DNA from: Flavobacteriaceae bacterium EG-1
Lineage (GTDB): Bacteria > Bacteroidota > Bacteroidia > Flavobacteriales > Flavobacteriaceae
DNA: 64,000 nucleotides
Assembly (NCBI GenBank): GCA_009649685.1
Contig: WJPK01000003.1
Coordinates: forward strand, 498,506 to 562,505
Reading direction: 5' to 3'
A program made the position numbers and the translations under genes. Shown piece after piece: positions 1-8,816 of the stretch. A model generated the notes under the pieces. That model did no database searches, was not told where the DNA came from, and saw only the letters and a program-made list of their open reading frames with translations. The first letter of the stretch is position 1, and every line of letters starts with the position of its first letter.

Positions 1-1620
1 TCCAACATCATTCAGTTCACCAGTAAGTACAAGTTGATCAACATACTTCATATAATAAACATTGGTATTAATCTGCACGTCTGAAGTAATATAACGCCAA
101 CCAAGTTCAAAGTCATCTAACTTTTCAGGTTTAGGATTACCACTCTCATAATCGTTTCTATTTGGCTCTCTATTAGCAACTGCATATGAGAAATATAAAT
201 TACTATTAGTATTTACATCAAAAGTCACCCCAGCTTTTGGGTTGAAAAAATTGAAAGTATCATCAACAATACCTGTATCTTCTCCATTAGCTGTGTACCC
301 TACAGTTCTGAACTGCAAATCGCCATATACATTCCATTTATCATGTATTTGATAATTAGCTTTTGAAAAGATATTAAAGTCTGTTTTTACCGAATTATCA
401 TCATAATAACGGTCTAAATAATCTCGATTATTCGCGAATCTCGCCCAAATTATCTCACCATAATGGTCACCTTCATACTTATTCCATCCACCACCAATAA
501 CCAAATCTAATTTCTCATTCTGATAATTAACCGAAAAAACAGTTCCAAAAAAATGATTATCAAGCCAACGTCTTCGAATTAAATCAGTAGTATTTATTTC
601 TTCAGTATCTAAATTAAATGGTTGAATTCCATAGGTAGAAAAATCGTCATCTTCTTTAAATTGCTCAAAAAAGCCCCTTCCACGAGTATAGTGTAAAGCA
701 ATATTGGCGTTCCAATTATTTGTTATTTCTCTATTATACAATAGCTGAGCATGATTTTGCTTATAATCATCTACTTCGTTATTATGAAATTGGGTATTTC
801 CGTTTTCATCGGTATATATTCCAGCCGAATTAAAAGTTCTATCACTTTCTAATGTTTCAGCATCGATTCCATTCCAAGATTGATATGTTATTTCATGTCC
901 GCCAAAAAGCAAGGCTTTAAAAAGATTTTTATCATCTTTAAAAGTACCCTGTAGAAAATAAGAATCTAATTTAGATGACGCACGATCAACGTATCCATCA
1001 GAAGTTATACGCGACAAGCGTCCTGAAACTTCAATACTTTCGTTTAATAATCCTGTGCTGAATTTTAAACTATTTCTAAGTGTATTAAAACTACCAATTG
1101 ATGATGAAATTTGTCCGTATGCATCTTCAGAAGTAGCATCGGTCAAAATATTTAAACTAGCACCAAAAGCACCCGCTCCATTTGTTGATGTACCTACTCC
1201 ACGTTGCAATTGCAAATTTTCAGTTGATGAGGCAAAATCCGGCATATTTACCCAAAAAGTTCCATGAGATTCCGAATCGTTATAGGGAATACCGTTAATG
1301 GTAACATTCACTCGAGTGGCATCACTACCTCTAACTCGAATACCGGTATAGCCAACCCCTGCTCCCGCATCTGAAGTCGTAACCACTGAGGGCAAAAAGT
1401 TCATTAAAATAGGGATATCTTGCCCTAAATTTCTTGGCGCTATTTGTTCTTTTGTAAAATTGGTAAAAGTAACTGGAGATTGAGCAGTTGCTCTAATTGC
1501 AGAGACGAAGACTTCGTCTAATGTAATTTTTTTTCCTACTAAAGAATCAATTTGTTTTTCTTGGGCCTGTGAGGCCATTGTTAAGCCAAATATGGCTAAA
1601 GTTGTGACAATAGTTTTCAT
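1..1620 (-). CDS. TonB-dependent outer membrane receptor, 3' end truncated by the window edge; the start codon is at 1618-1620
   Basis: The reverse-strand translation is open from 1620 to position 1 with no stop, so it is absent from the ORF track. It begins MKTIVTTLAIFGLTMASQAQE, a signal peptide. Plug-domain motifs follow (DEVFVSAIRAT, GIRVRGSDATRVNVTINGIPYNDSESHGTFW, LQRGVGTSTNGAGAFGASLNI), then barrel-like repeats rich in Y, N and G. Confidence 0.85.
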   Translation of the reverse strand, partial: MKTIVTTLAIFGLTMASQAQEKQIDSLVGKKITLDEVFVSAIRATAQSPVTFTNFTKEQIAPRNLGQDIPILMNFLPSVVTTSDAGAGVGYTGIRVRGSDATRVNVTINGIPYNDSESHGTFWVNMPDFASSTENLQLQRGVGTSTNGAGAFGASLNILTDATSEDAYGQISSSIGSFNTLRNSLKFSTGLLNESIEVSGRLSRITSDGYVDRASSKLDSYFLQGTFKDDKNLFKALLFGGHEITYQSWNGIDAETLESDRTFNSAGIYTDENGNTQFHNNEVDDYKQNHAQLLYNREITNNWNANIALHYTRGRGFFEQFKEDDDFSTYGIQPFNLDTEEINTTDLIRRRWLDNHFFGTVFSVNYQNEKLDLVIGGGWNKYEGDHYGEIIWARFANNRDYLDRYYDDNSVKTDFNIFSKANYQIHDKWNVYGDLQFRTVGYTANGEDTGIVDDTFNFFNPKAGVTFDVNTNSNLYFSYAVANREPNRNDYESGNPKPEKLDDFELGWRYITSDVQINTNVYYMKYVDQLVLTGELNDVG

Positions 1621-1720
1621 TCGTACTAATAATTTAGTGACGAATAAAAGGGGCTATTATTCTAAATTAATAATGGTTTTTGTTCAATTAAGAACTATAA
1701 AAATTCCAAACAGCGTAATT

Positions 1721-1799
1721 TCTCACGCATTCCTTGGCAGCATTACCTGCCCAGGTTCATTGGGTATAATCTCAGCTTTTTACAGCACCCCTTTGAGAT
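1721..1799 (-). ncRNA. TPP (THI-box) riboswitch aptamer in the 5' leader of the TonB-dependent receptor
   Basis: The minus strand reads UCUCAAAGGGGUGCUGUAAAAAGCUGAGAUUAUACCCAAUGAACCUGGGCAGGUAAUGCUGCCAAGGAAUGCGUGAGA. It contains the conserved THI-box blocks GGGGUGC, GCUGAGA, UACCC, GAACCUG, GGUAAUGC and AAGGAA, with a P1 stem formed by UCUCA and UGAGA. It lies about 100 nt upstream of the receptor start codon. Confidence 0.85.
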
Positions 1800-1803
1800 A
1801 CGG

Positions 1804-1835
1804 CAAATGTAAGTCGCAATCTTTAGTTTTCACAA
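1804..1835 (-). promoter_or_regulatory. Bacteroidetes-type promoter (TTG, 21-nt spacer, TACATTTG) driving the riboswitch-receptor transcript
   Basis: On the minus strand the sequence TTG, 21 nt, TACATTTG matches the TAnnTTTG -7 consensus. The predicted start lies a few nt before the riboswitch P1 stem. Confidence 0.4.
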
Positions 1836-1922
1836 AAAAACAGTATAATAATTTTAACGTTCTTATAAACTCTCTCAGGCTTAAATTCGTATATCTTTAA
1901 GACTTAGAGAAGTAAGCAAGTT

Positions 1923-4403
1923 ATGAGTGATGAAATAAATAATAAGTTTAATCCAAAAATTGTCTTTAGTTATCTTGTATTAGGTATTCTTGCAATAGTA
2001 GCAGGGTATTTTATTTATTCTGAGGTACAAGTTTTTCTTGCTGAAGATACAGTGAGCAAAAATGATAGAAAGTTATTAAAAACAGGAGTTTTAGTAACCA
2101 AACTGTACGAAGCCGAAAGTCTGTCAAAGTTGGCCTTACAAACAAAATCTACTAAGAATTTTGATGCATATGCGCAAAAAATTGATTCAATTTATAGCGA
2201 AATAGATACTTTAAAATCATTTACTAAAAACTCGGAACAAAAGCTAAAACTTGATAGTGTTATTACGTTACTAGAGCAAAAAGTGGCAAATAATAATGAG
2301 CTAATAATATTAAGCACAGAAAATAATGGCAATAATTCTATTGAAACAGCTTTAAAAGAAATAGACAAGATTGAAGAATCTTATGGGAAATTTTCTGCTG
2401 AGAATTTATTTTCAAAATTCGATCAATTTTCACCTAATTTGCAAAAATCACTTCGAGAATATGCAGCTCTATTAAGTAAAAACTCGCCTACCAATTTAGA
2501 TGGCAGTGAAAACGCAGCTTATATAGACTCTATTCTAATGGAATCTAAACTAATACTTGAAAAAGCGTTAAAAAAAAGCGTTAAAACGCAACGGTCTTTA
2601 GCGCAAAAAGAAATACAAATAACGAAGAATGATCGCGACCTTACACAGCAATTACAAGAAATTATTTCGAATTTCGAACAAGACATTATAATTGATTCAT
2701 ATTCAGAAAGTCTTGCAAAAAAAGATGCCTTACGACGGAGCATACGATGGGCGGGTATGGCTGCTATTCTTGCATTTATTATAGTAGGTATATTTTCGTT
2801 TTTAATTAATAGAGATTTTTGGAAAATACAAACTTACCAACGTCAACTAGAAAAGGAAAAAAAATATTCTGAATCGTTATTACGAAGTAGAGAACAATTA
2901 ATATCAACAGTTAGCCACGATTTACGCACACCATTAAACACCATTAGTGGTTATGCAGATTTAATGGACAATACCGACCTAACCACAAAACAAAGTGAGT
3001 ATATTAAAAATGTAAAATCAGCCTCGGCATATGTAAATAATCTGGTAAATGACTTATTAGACTTTTCAAAATTAGAAGCAGGAAAACTTAATATCGAAAA
3101 AGTACCTTTTATTGCTGCTCATCTAATCCAAGAAACTGCTGAAAACTTACAAGAATTATATAAGAATAAAAATTTAAAATTAAATTTAATTTTAGATGAA
3201 AGCTTACAGAAAACATTCCTGGGTGACCCTTTTAGAATTCGCCAGATTTTAACCAATTTAATTGGTAATGCATACAAATTTACCGAAGACGGGTTTATAG
3301 AAATTAATGCTAAAACAACTTCTTACAAAGGAAACAACTTAAAATTACATATAGCAATTACCGATTCTGGTATAGGTATACCAAAAGAAAAACAGCAGTT
3401 AATTTTTAAAGAATTTTCTCAAGCTGAAACCAATACTGATAAAAAATATGGAGGGCATGGGCTTGGTTTAACCATATCAAAAAAATTAGCTGAATTATTA
3501 CATGGTTCGTTAGATTTAGAAAGTACTGTTAACAAAGGAAGTACTTTCAAACTAGAGTTACCAATAGCGGTATCTGCTAACAAAATTAAGTCTAATAAAA
3601 AGGCACCATATTTAGCCCCAAAATTAAGAATACTAATTATTGATGATGATACTGCATTGCTTCATATGCTAAAAGAATTAGCTGAAAGCATGCAAATAAC
3701 AGCACATACATTTACGAATTTCTTACAAATTGAGAGCGATTCTCATTTGGCTTATGACATTGTACTTACTGATATTCAAATGCCACAAATTAGCGGTTTC
3801 GAAGTTTTACAAAAATTACAGTCTGGAAAATACATGCATTATAAAAAACAACCAATTATTGCAATGACAGGTCGTAGAGATCTAGAAAAAGAAGCCTATA
3901 CATCTATTGGTTTTGCAGAGGTAATTAAAAAACCTTTTTCGAAACAAGAACTTATTACAGTTCTTAAATTAATGGGTATAGAAACTCAAACACCGGAGGA
4001 CGAGAAACCTATTGAGGTATCCTCCAATATTAACAACTCGATTGACGAACCATACAGTCTAGAGTTTATATATTCTTTTTTAGGTGAAAACGAAGATGCT
4101 ATACAAGAGGTATTGGTGACTTTTTTAATGGACACGGAAACCAACATGAAGTTATTAGAAGACACTATAAATAATTTGGATCAAAAACAGATAAATCATG
4201 TTGCTCATAGAATGCTACCAATGTTTAGACAGTTAAAAGTAAATTCTGTAGTACCTATTTTAGAACGGCTAGAATTATTAAAAGAATCATCAACAGACAG
4301 TTATACGCTGCAGAAAGATTTAATAACACTAAAAGAAAATGTTAGCATACTTGCCAAAGCTTTAAAACGACGCTTGTTTAAAGATCAAGCTTATAGTGGT
4401 TAA
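1923..4403 (+). CDS. Hybrid sensor histidine kinase with two TM helices flanking a roughly 240-aa helical sensor domain, then HisKA, HATPase_c, a receiver domain and a C-terminal Hpt domain
   Basis: The protein is 826 aa. The H-box reads SHDLRTPLNTISGYADLM. GHGLGL and GIGIP blocks mark the ATPase. The receiver carries ILIIDDD and LTDIQMP. A C-terminal His-containing helix (HVAHRMLPMFRQL) is typical of Hpt. Confidence 0.9.
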   Translation: MSDEINNKFNPKIVFSYLVLGILAIVAGYFIYSEVQVFLAEDTVSKNDRKLLKTGVLVTKLYEAESLSKLALQTKSTKNFDAYAQKIDSIYSEIDTLKSFTKNSEQKLKLDSVITLLEQKVANNNELIILSTENNGNNSIETALKEIDKIEESYGKFSAENLFSKFDQFSPNLQKSLREYAALLSKNSPTNLDGSENAAYIDSILMESKLILEKALKKSVKTQRSLAQKEIQITKNDRDLTQQLQEIISNFEQDIIIDSYSESLAKKDALRRSIRWAGMAAILAFIIVGIFSFLINRDFWKIQTYQRQLEKEKKYSESLLRSREQLISTVSHDLRTPLNTISGYADLMDNTDLTTKQSEYIKNVKSASAYVNNLVNDLLDFSKLEAGKLNIEKVPFIAAHLIQETAENLQELYKNKNLKLNLILDESLQKTFLGDPFRIRQILTNLIGNAYKFTEDGFIEINAKTTSYKGNNLKLHIAITDSGIGIPKEKQQLIFKEFSQAETNTDKKYGGHGLGLTISKKLAELLHGSLDLESTVNKGSTFKLELPIAVSANKIKSNKKAPYLAPKLRILIIDDDTALLHMLKELAESMQITAHTFTNFLQIESDSHLAYDIVLTDIQMPQISGFEVLQKLQSGKYMHYKKQPIIAMTGRRDLEKEAYTSIGFAEVIKKPFSKQELITVLKLMGIETQTPEDEKPIEVSSNINNSIDEPYSLEFIYSFLGENEDAIQEVLVTFLMDTETNMKLLEDTINNLDQKQINHVAHRMLPMFRQLKVNSVVPILERLELLKESSTDSYTLQKDLITLKENVSILAKALKRRLFKDQAYSG

Positions 4404-5742
4404 TTTTATTATAAAGTGTTTTTCTAGTAACCTGTAATAACTTAGCAGCTTTCGATTTATTAAAATTTGTTTTCTTTAAAGCCTTTAATATTCGTTCTTT
4501 TTCAAATTCTGCCTTTGAGAAGTTTTCGACTACAGAATCTTTAGCAGCCGGATTTACCACTTCTTTAGGTAGTGCATTCAAAAGAATTTCATCTCCATTA
4601 GTCAATAACACTGCTCTCTTTACAACATTTTTAAGTTCACGCAAATTTCCAGGCCATTGATACTTTTGAAAAGCATCCCAAACCTCTGCTGAAAAACCAT
4701 GTACGTTTTTATTTAAATTTTCATTTGCTTCGTCAAGAAAGCGATCTGCAAATAACATAAGGTCCTCAAAACGCTCTTCTAAAGATGGTATTTGAATAGA
4801 GAATTCATTTAGTCTATGATAAAGGTCTTCGCGAAAAGTACCATTGTCTACCGCATCATTTAAATCTTCATTCGTAGCCGTAATAATTCTTACATCCACA
4901 TCAACCTCTGCAGTACTACCAACCCTTTTTATTTTGCGTTCTTGCAAAGCTCGAAGCAGGTGTACCTGATTGTCATAAGAAAGATTCCCTACTTCATCTA
5001 AAAATAGAGTGCCTTTGTTGGCTGCTTCAAAATTTCCAATTTTATCGGAAATAGCTCCAGTAAAACTACCCTTTATATGACCAAAAAATTCGCTAGCTGC
5101 CAGTTCCTTAGGTATAGCTCCACAATCAACAGCAATAAATTTATAATTACTCCGCGCACTATTATCATGTATTGCTTTCGCTGTAACCTCCTTACCCGTA
5201 CCACTTTCACCTGTTATTAGTACAGACATATTGGTTGGAGCTACTAATTTAATATACTCTTCTAAAGTTTTAGAAGCTTCACTTACACCCGAAACAATAG
5301 CGCCAGTTGCAGAAGTAGGTTTTCTATTATTATCAGATTCTTCTGATTTTATGGCAACACTATTTGAATTTTCTTCAACAATGCTAGCTTTTAATGCAGA
5401 TTCAATCACCTTTACAATATCATCTGGAGTAAAGGGCTTAGAAATATAGTCGTAAGCCCCTTGTTTCATAGCTTTTACAGCAGTACCAACTTCAGCATAA
5501 CCTGTCATTAGCACAACTTGAGTCTTATCATTTTTGGCTTTGATATCCGTTAATAACTGAATTCCATCATAATCGGGAAGCCTTAAATCGGTAAGAATAA
5601 CATCAAAATTAAATTCTTCAAATTTAGATTTAGCCTCGGGCACAGTATAACTAGTATCAACTAGATACCCTTTTCTAGTCAAAAACTTTTGAAGCATTTG
5701 GCAGAAGGCGGTGTCGTCTTCAATAATTAAGATGTTTGGCAT
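4378..5742 (-). CDS. Sigma-54-dependent response regulator (NtrC-family enhancer-binding protein)
   Basis: The N-terminal receiver reads MPNILIIEDD. The AAA+ domain has the Walker A motif GESGTGKE, a GSFTGA variant of the GAFTGA loop, and ESELFG-like ASEFFGH. A C-terminal Fis-type HTH is present. Its 3' end overlaps the convergent kinase gene by 26 nt. Confidence 0.9.
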   Translation of the reverse strand: MPNILIIEDDTAFCQMLQKFLTRKGYLVDTSYTVPEAKSKFEEFNFDVILTDLRLPDYDGIQLLTDIKAKNDKTQVVLMTGYAEVGTAVKAMKQGAYDYISKPFTPDDIVKVIESALKASIVEENSNSVAIKSEESDNNRKPTSATGAIVSGVSEASKTLEEYIKLVAPTNMSVLITGESGTGKEVTAKAIHDNSARSNYKFIAVDCGAIPKELAASEFFGHIKGSFTGAISDKIGNFEAANKGTLFLDEVGNLSYDNQVHLLRALQERKIKRVGSTAEVDVDVRIITATNEDLNDAVDNGTFREDLYHRLNEFSIQIPSLEERFEDLMLFADRFLDEANENLNKNVHGFSAEVWDAFQKYQWPGNLRELKNVVKRAVLLTNGDEILLNALPKEVVNPAAKDSVVENFSKAEFEKERILKALKKTNFNKSKAAKLLQVTRKTLYNKINHYKLDL

Positions 5743-5987
5743 AAAACGTACTAGGTTTACTTATGTACGTAAATATAACCTAAGAAAGCTGTTATGTACT
5801 TAAAATAATATTAAAAAATACTAATAATCGATTAATGGTATAATATGCTTATATACTCATTATGAATATCTTAAATACAAATACACAGGAGGAAGAAATA
5901 TAAAATATCGCTATTAAACAATTGATATTATTACAGGTATTATGATAAAAATGCAATTTTGATTATAATAAATATCTTAAAAATATA

Positions 5988-6015
5988 GAAAGGGGTTGCT
6001 GTTGCAACCCCTTTC
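5988..6015 (-). terminator. Rho-independent terminator hairpin downstream of the 6056..6391 gene
   Basis: A perfect 12-bp inverted repeat GAAAGGGGTTGC/GCAACCCCTTTC with a 4-nt loop is followed on the minus strand by a U-rich tract. Confidence 0.55.
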
Positions 6016-6055
6016 TGACCAAACCAACTTGATACAAAACAAATAACTCAAGTTA

Positions 6056-6391
6056 TTACATTTCAATCCAGTTTCCATTTTCATCGGCATATAAAGTACC
6101 GGCAGTACCATCTTCTAGAGATACTTCTAATTTGTATTGATTAGACTCATTAATAAAAGCCTTATCTATACTAGCAGTAGGGTAGTTTTTTGATACAGCC
6201 TCTGTCACAGCTTCAGGTAATTCTTCAGCAGCGATTTCAGAAAAACTATCTTGTGATGCCACTACATTAGCTTCATCAATAGTTTCAGTAGCTTCAACAG
6301 CAGTTTCGGTAGCTTGCTCTGTCACTTCTTCTTGAGCAAAAGCAGTCATTGTCCCGATACTTAAAGCTAAAACGAATATTATTTTTTTCAT
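6056..6391 (-). CDS. Secreted PepSY-like (DUF2874-type) domain protein with an acidic ATE-repeat linker
   Basis: The signal peptide is MKKIIFVLALSIGTMTAFAQE. A low-complexity stretch reads ATETAVEATETIDE. The C-terminal block LPEAV..YPTASI..YKLEV....YADENGNWIE fits the PepSY-like signature. Confidence 0.7.
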   Translation of the reverse strand: MKKIIFVLALSIGTMTAFAQEEVTEQATETAVEATETIDEANVVASQDSFSEIAAEELPEAVTEAVSKNYPTASIDKAFINESNQYKLEVSLEDGTAGTLYADENGNWIEM

Positions 6392-6609
6392 GATTTTTTC
6401 ATTTTAATAGTTAAACTTATTACTTGTAGAGAAAAAATAATACCAAACTAATCAAGATAACATAATCAATTGATTTACAGTATTTTATGTAAAATAGACA
6501 CAATTAGCACTGTGTAAAAGTGTATACCTTAACCCCAAAAGCGTATAAAATATACGCACAAAACAAAATTTTAGATTTTTTATTTAGAATAAATGGTGGT
6601 GATTTTTAG

Positions 6610-6637
6610 CAAAAAAAGCTCCTGCTTTGCAGGAGCT
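6610..6637 (-). terminator. Rho-independent terminator for the 6676..7059 gene
   Basis: The stem AGCTCCTGC/CAGGAGCT with loop TTTG is followed by a 7-U run on the minus strand, 39 nt past the stop codon. Confidence 0.75.
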
Positions 6638-6675
6638 AAATTTGTTTGTAACAAGTTTAATAATAGCAACTTGGC

Positions 6676-7059
6676 TTACATTTCTATCCAGTTACCTTCT
6701 GCGTCAGCATATAACTCAGCATTTTCACCTTCAGCAGTAGCAACCTCTAATTTATATTGCGCATTTTCGTTTGTGTAAGCTTTAGAAATAGTTGCTCCTG
6801 GGTGAGCAGCTTCTAATGCAGAAATAATTGCCTCAGGAACTTCTTCTAATGCAACTTCATTGAAACCTTCTTGAGCTTCAACAGCTTCTTCAGCAACAAC
6901 CTCAGTTGCTTCTTCTGTAGCTTCAACAGCCTCTGTAGCTTCTTCCGCAACTACTTCTGTAGCCACAGCTTCAGTTGCAACTTCTTCAGCAACTACTTCT
7001 TGTGCAAATGCAGTTAAACTTCCTAGAGACATAACTGATACTAATACTAATTTTTTCAT
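6676..7059 (-). CDS. Secreted PepSY-like domain protein, a tandem paralogue of 6056..6391 with a longer acidic repeat linker
   Basis: The signal peptide is MKKLVLVSVMSLGSLTAFAQE. The linker is (V/A)(A/T)EE and ATE repeats. The C-terminus AQYKLEVATAEGENAELYADAEGNWIEM is near-identical to its neighbour. Confidence 0.7.
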   Translation of the reverse strand: MKKLVLVSVMSLGSLTAFAQEVVAEEVATEAVATEVVAEEATEAVEATEEATEVVAEEAVEAQEGFNEVALEEVPEAIISALEAAHPGATISKAYTNENAQYKLEVATAEGENAELYADAEGNWIEM

Positions 7060-7220
7060 CTTCTGTGTTTATTAAAATTATTATTTGTTTTGATAATCAC
7101 AATAACATAAGAGAAAATAATGCCAATAGATATTTTAATCAAATAAGCATTGTAAAACACTGAATATCAATTATATAAAAATAATCAAAATAAAATAGGA
7201 TTGTGTACAGGTGTGTAATA

Positions 7221-7253
7221 AACACAAAAAGTGTGTAAGGATTACACACTTTT
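7221..7253 (-). terminator. Terminator hairpin ending the pnuC-operon transcript
   Basis: A perfect 11-bp stem AAAGTGTGTAA/TTACACACTTT with loop GGAT is followed by a U-rich tract on the minus strand, 25 nt downstream of the stop at 7278. Confidence 0.6.
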
Positions 7254-7277
7254 AATTAAATAGTAAATGTAAATATA

Positions 7278-8816
7278 TTAACTAACCTGATGAGCAGGTT
7301 TTAATAAATCGTTTACGGTCTTAACAGGGTTAAAAGTAATTAATGGTACTTCAACGAAAATAGTATTCCAAAAAGCCATTGCACCGTTCCAAAGCCCTGG
7401 TAATTCAAGAGCTTTTAAATCTTTACCATCTTTTGTTTTTTGAGCAATAAAACCTTGTTTAGGATCAACATAATTCAACAAATTATATTTCTCACCTTTG
7501 TAATTACGAACACCACATACCAAATCTACTGGATTAAAGTGTGTTGAATTCTTTAATATATCAACTTGTCTTGAATCTGACATATCAATTTGAGCTGATT
7601 CGATAATTTGAAGGGATACGTGTTTTTTTGCGTCAATAATCCAAAAAGGACCACCACCTGGTTCACCTTCATTTTTAACCATTCCACAAACACGGATAGG
7701 CCTGTTCAATTTATCTTTTAGAACAAGAAGTTGCTCAGAAAGACTAAAATCTTCATAAGAATCTAAAAAATAGGCATTCAATTCTTTTTCTATAAATGAT
7801 TTTATTTCAATTGTATCGGCAGCACTTACCGCATCATCTTCAATTGCCTTAGCATATGCAAAAGCCTTTTCTTGTACCTTAATCAAGTGTCCCGCCAATA
7901 TTTTTTTGCTTTCTGCAATATCACCTGCGTATTTAGAGACAGCAACATTATCAATATTTTTGATAAAAATTATATCAGCATCCTGATCGTTTAAATTTTC
8001 AATTAAAGCACCATGTCCGCCAGGTCTAAATAACAACGACCCATCTTCATTTCTAAAAGGTTTATCGTCTAAATCTACTGCTATTGTATCTGTTGCAGGC
8101 TTTTGATTGGAATAAGTAACATTAAAGGTAGTTCCAGTAGTCTTTGTAATATTTTTATTGGTCTGTTCATATTCTTCAGCAAACATTGCATCATGTTGCT
8201 CTGAAATAGTAAAATGTAGCTTAGCTAATCCATTAGCACTTGCATAAGCCACCGATTCGTTCAAATGCTCTTCAAAAGGAGTAGCTGCATGACTACCGTA
8301 TTTATGAAAAGGAAGTAATCCTTTTGGAAAGAATCCATAATTTAGAGCATCCTTCGACATCATTTCATTTACAAAAGCATATACTTCTTCACCTTTAGAA
8401 GTTGCAAGGTTTCCAATTTTATTTTTTACTAAATTATAAAATGGAAAATCAGTTAAACCCTCGGCAAATTTTTGCATTGCACTATCTCCAGTTCGATTAA
8501 TATAAGCATCAAAATCTTCTTCTGCTGCATTGTATTTATCCAAGAAGTTAAATAGCGACTTAAACATTCTGGATGCTGCACCGGAAGCTGGCACAAACTT
8601 TAATAGTGATTTATTCTTTCGATTTGATTCGAAATGTTGAATTAAGGTTTTCTTTTCATCAGACGAAAATTTTAAAATTCCTTCGTTTACAATTGCTGCA
8701 CTACGTAGGTGCACAAACGGAATTCCGTCTCGAAAGGTTTCAATTTGGTCTAATACTTTGTCTTTGGAAATTCCTTTTTTTTCTAATAATTGCTGATCGG
8801 CTTCTGTAAGTCTCAT
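7278..8816 (-). CDS. DUF4301-type protein, read here as a divergent nucleotidyltransferase of the UDP-glucose pyrophosphorylase (UDPGP) fold
   Basis: The 512-aa protein carries FRPGGHGALIENL...ADIIFIKNIDN, which matches the UGPase PPGHGD...IFVSNIDN block. FNPVKTVNDLLKP matches the UGPase FLPVKTTSDLLLV block. The G-rich loop VPASGAASRMF aligns with LNGGLGTSMG. It overlaps the upstream kinase gene by 4 nt. Confidence 0.7.
   Translation of the reverse strand: MRLTEADQQLLEKKGISKDKVLDQIETFRDGIPFVHLRSAAIVNEGILKFSSDEKKTLIQHFESNRKNKSLLKFVPASGAASRMFKSLFNFLDKYNAAEEDFDAYINRTGDSAMQKFAEGLTDFPFYNLVKNKIGNLATSKGEEVYAFVNEMMSKDALNYGFFPKGLLPFHKYGSHAATPFEEHLNESVAYASANGLAKLHFTISEQHDAMFAEEYEQTNKNITKTTGTTFNVTYSNQKPATDTIAVDLDDKPFRNEDGSLLFRPGGHGALIENLNDQDADIIFIKNIDNVAVSKYAGDIAESKKILAGHLIKVQEKAFAYAKAIEDDAVSAADTIEIKSFIEKELNAYFLDSYEDFSLSEQLLVLKDKLNRPIRVCGMVKNEGEPGGGPFWIIDAKKHVSLQIIESAQIDMSDSRQVDILKNSTHFNPVDLVCGVRNYKGEKYNLLNYVDPKQGFIAQKTKDGKDLKALELPGLWNGAMAFWNTIFVEVPLITFNPVKTVNDLLKPAHQVS

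Noticed and set aside
1735-1750. A sigma-54-like element (TGGCAG, 5 nt, CCTGC) on the plus strand upstream of the hybrid kinase gene
   Set aside because: The GG-to-GC spacing is off by one. The sequence is the reverse complement of the conserved GGUAAUGC...GCC core of the TPP riboswitch.
1592-1900. A 102-aa plus-strand ORF
   Set aside because: It overlaps the receptor start codon and the riboswitch on the opposite strand. It is a low-complexity translation with no support.
1621-1922. Cobalamin riboswitch upstream of the TonB-dependent receptor
   Set aside because: No GCCACUG B12-box is present. The conserved blocks match the THI-box instead.
2519-2743. Antisense ORFs inside well-supported genes (2519-2743, 5231-5449, 8573-9071, 9130-9315, 9601-9783, 11696-11929, 13272-13517, 15987-16298, 17468-17680, 19545-19990, 20932-21186, 21626-21823, 22729-23061, 23441-23659, 24005-24196, 24329-24682, 25235-25468, 25872-26333, 26817-27641, 27850-28078, 29561-29751, 30091-30663, 31665-31883, 32672-32920, 33592-34384, 38578-38763, 45343-46047, 46369-46611, 50799-50990, 51871-52074, 56606-56863, 57074-57277)
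   Set aside because: These are shadow frames opposite conserved CDSs. They have low-complexity or Cys/Phe-rich translations and no independent signals.
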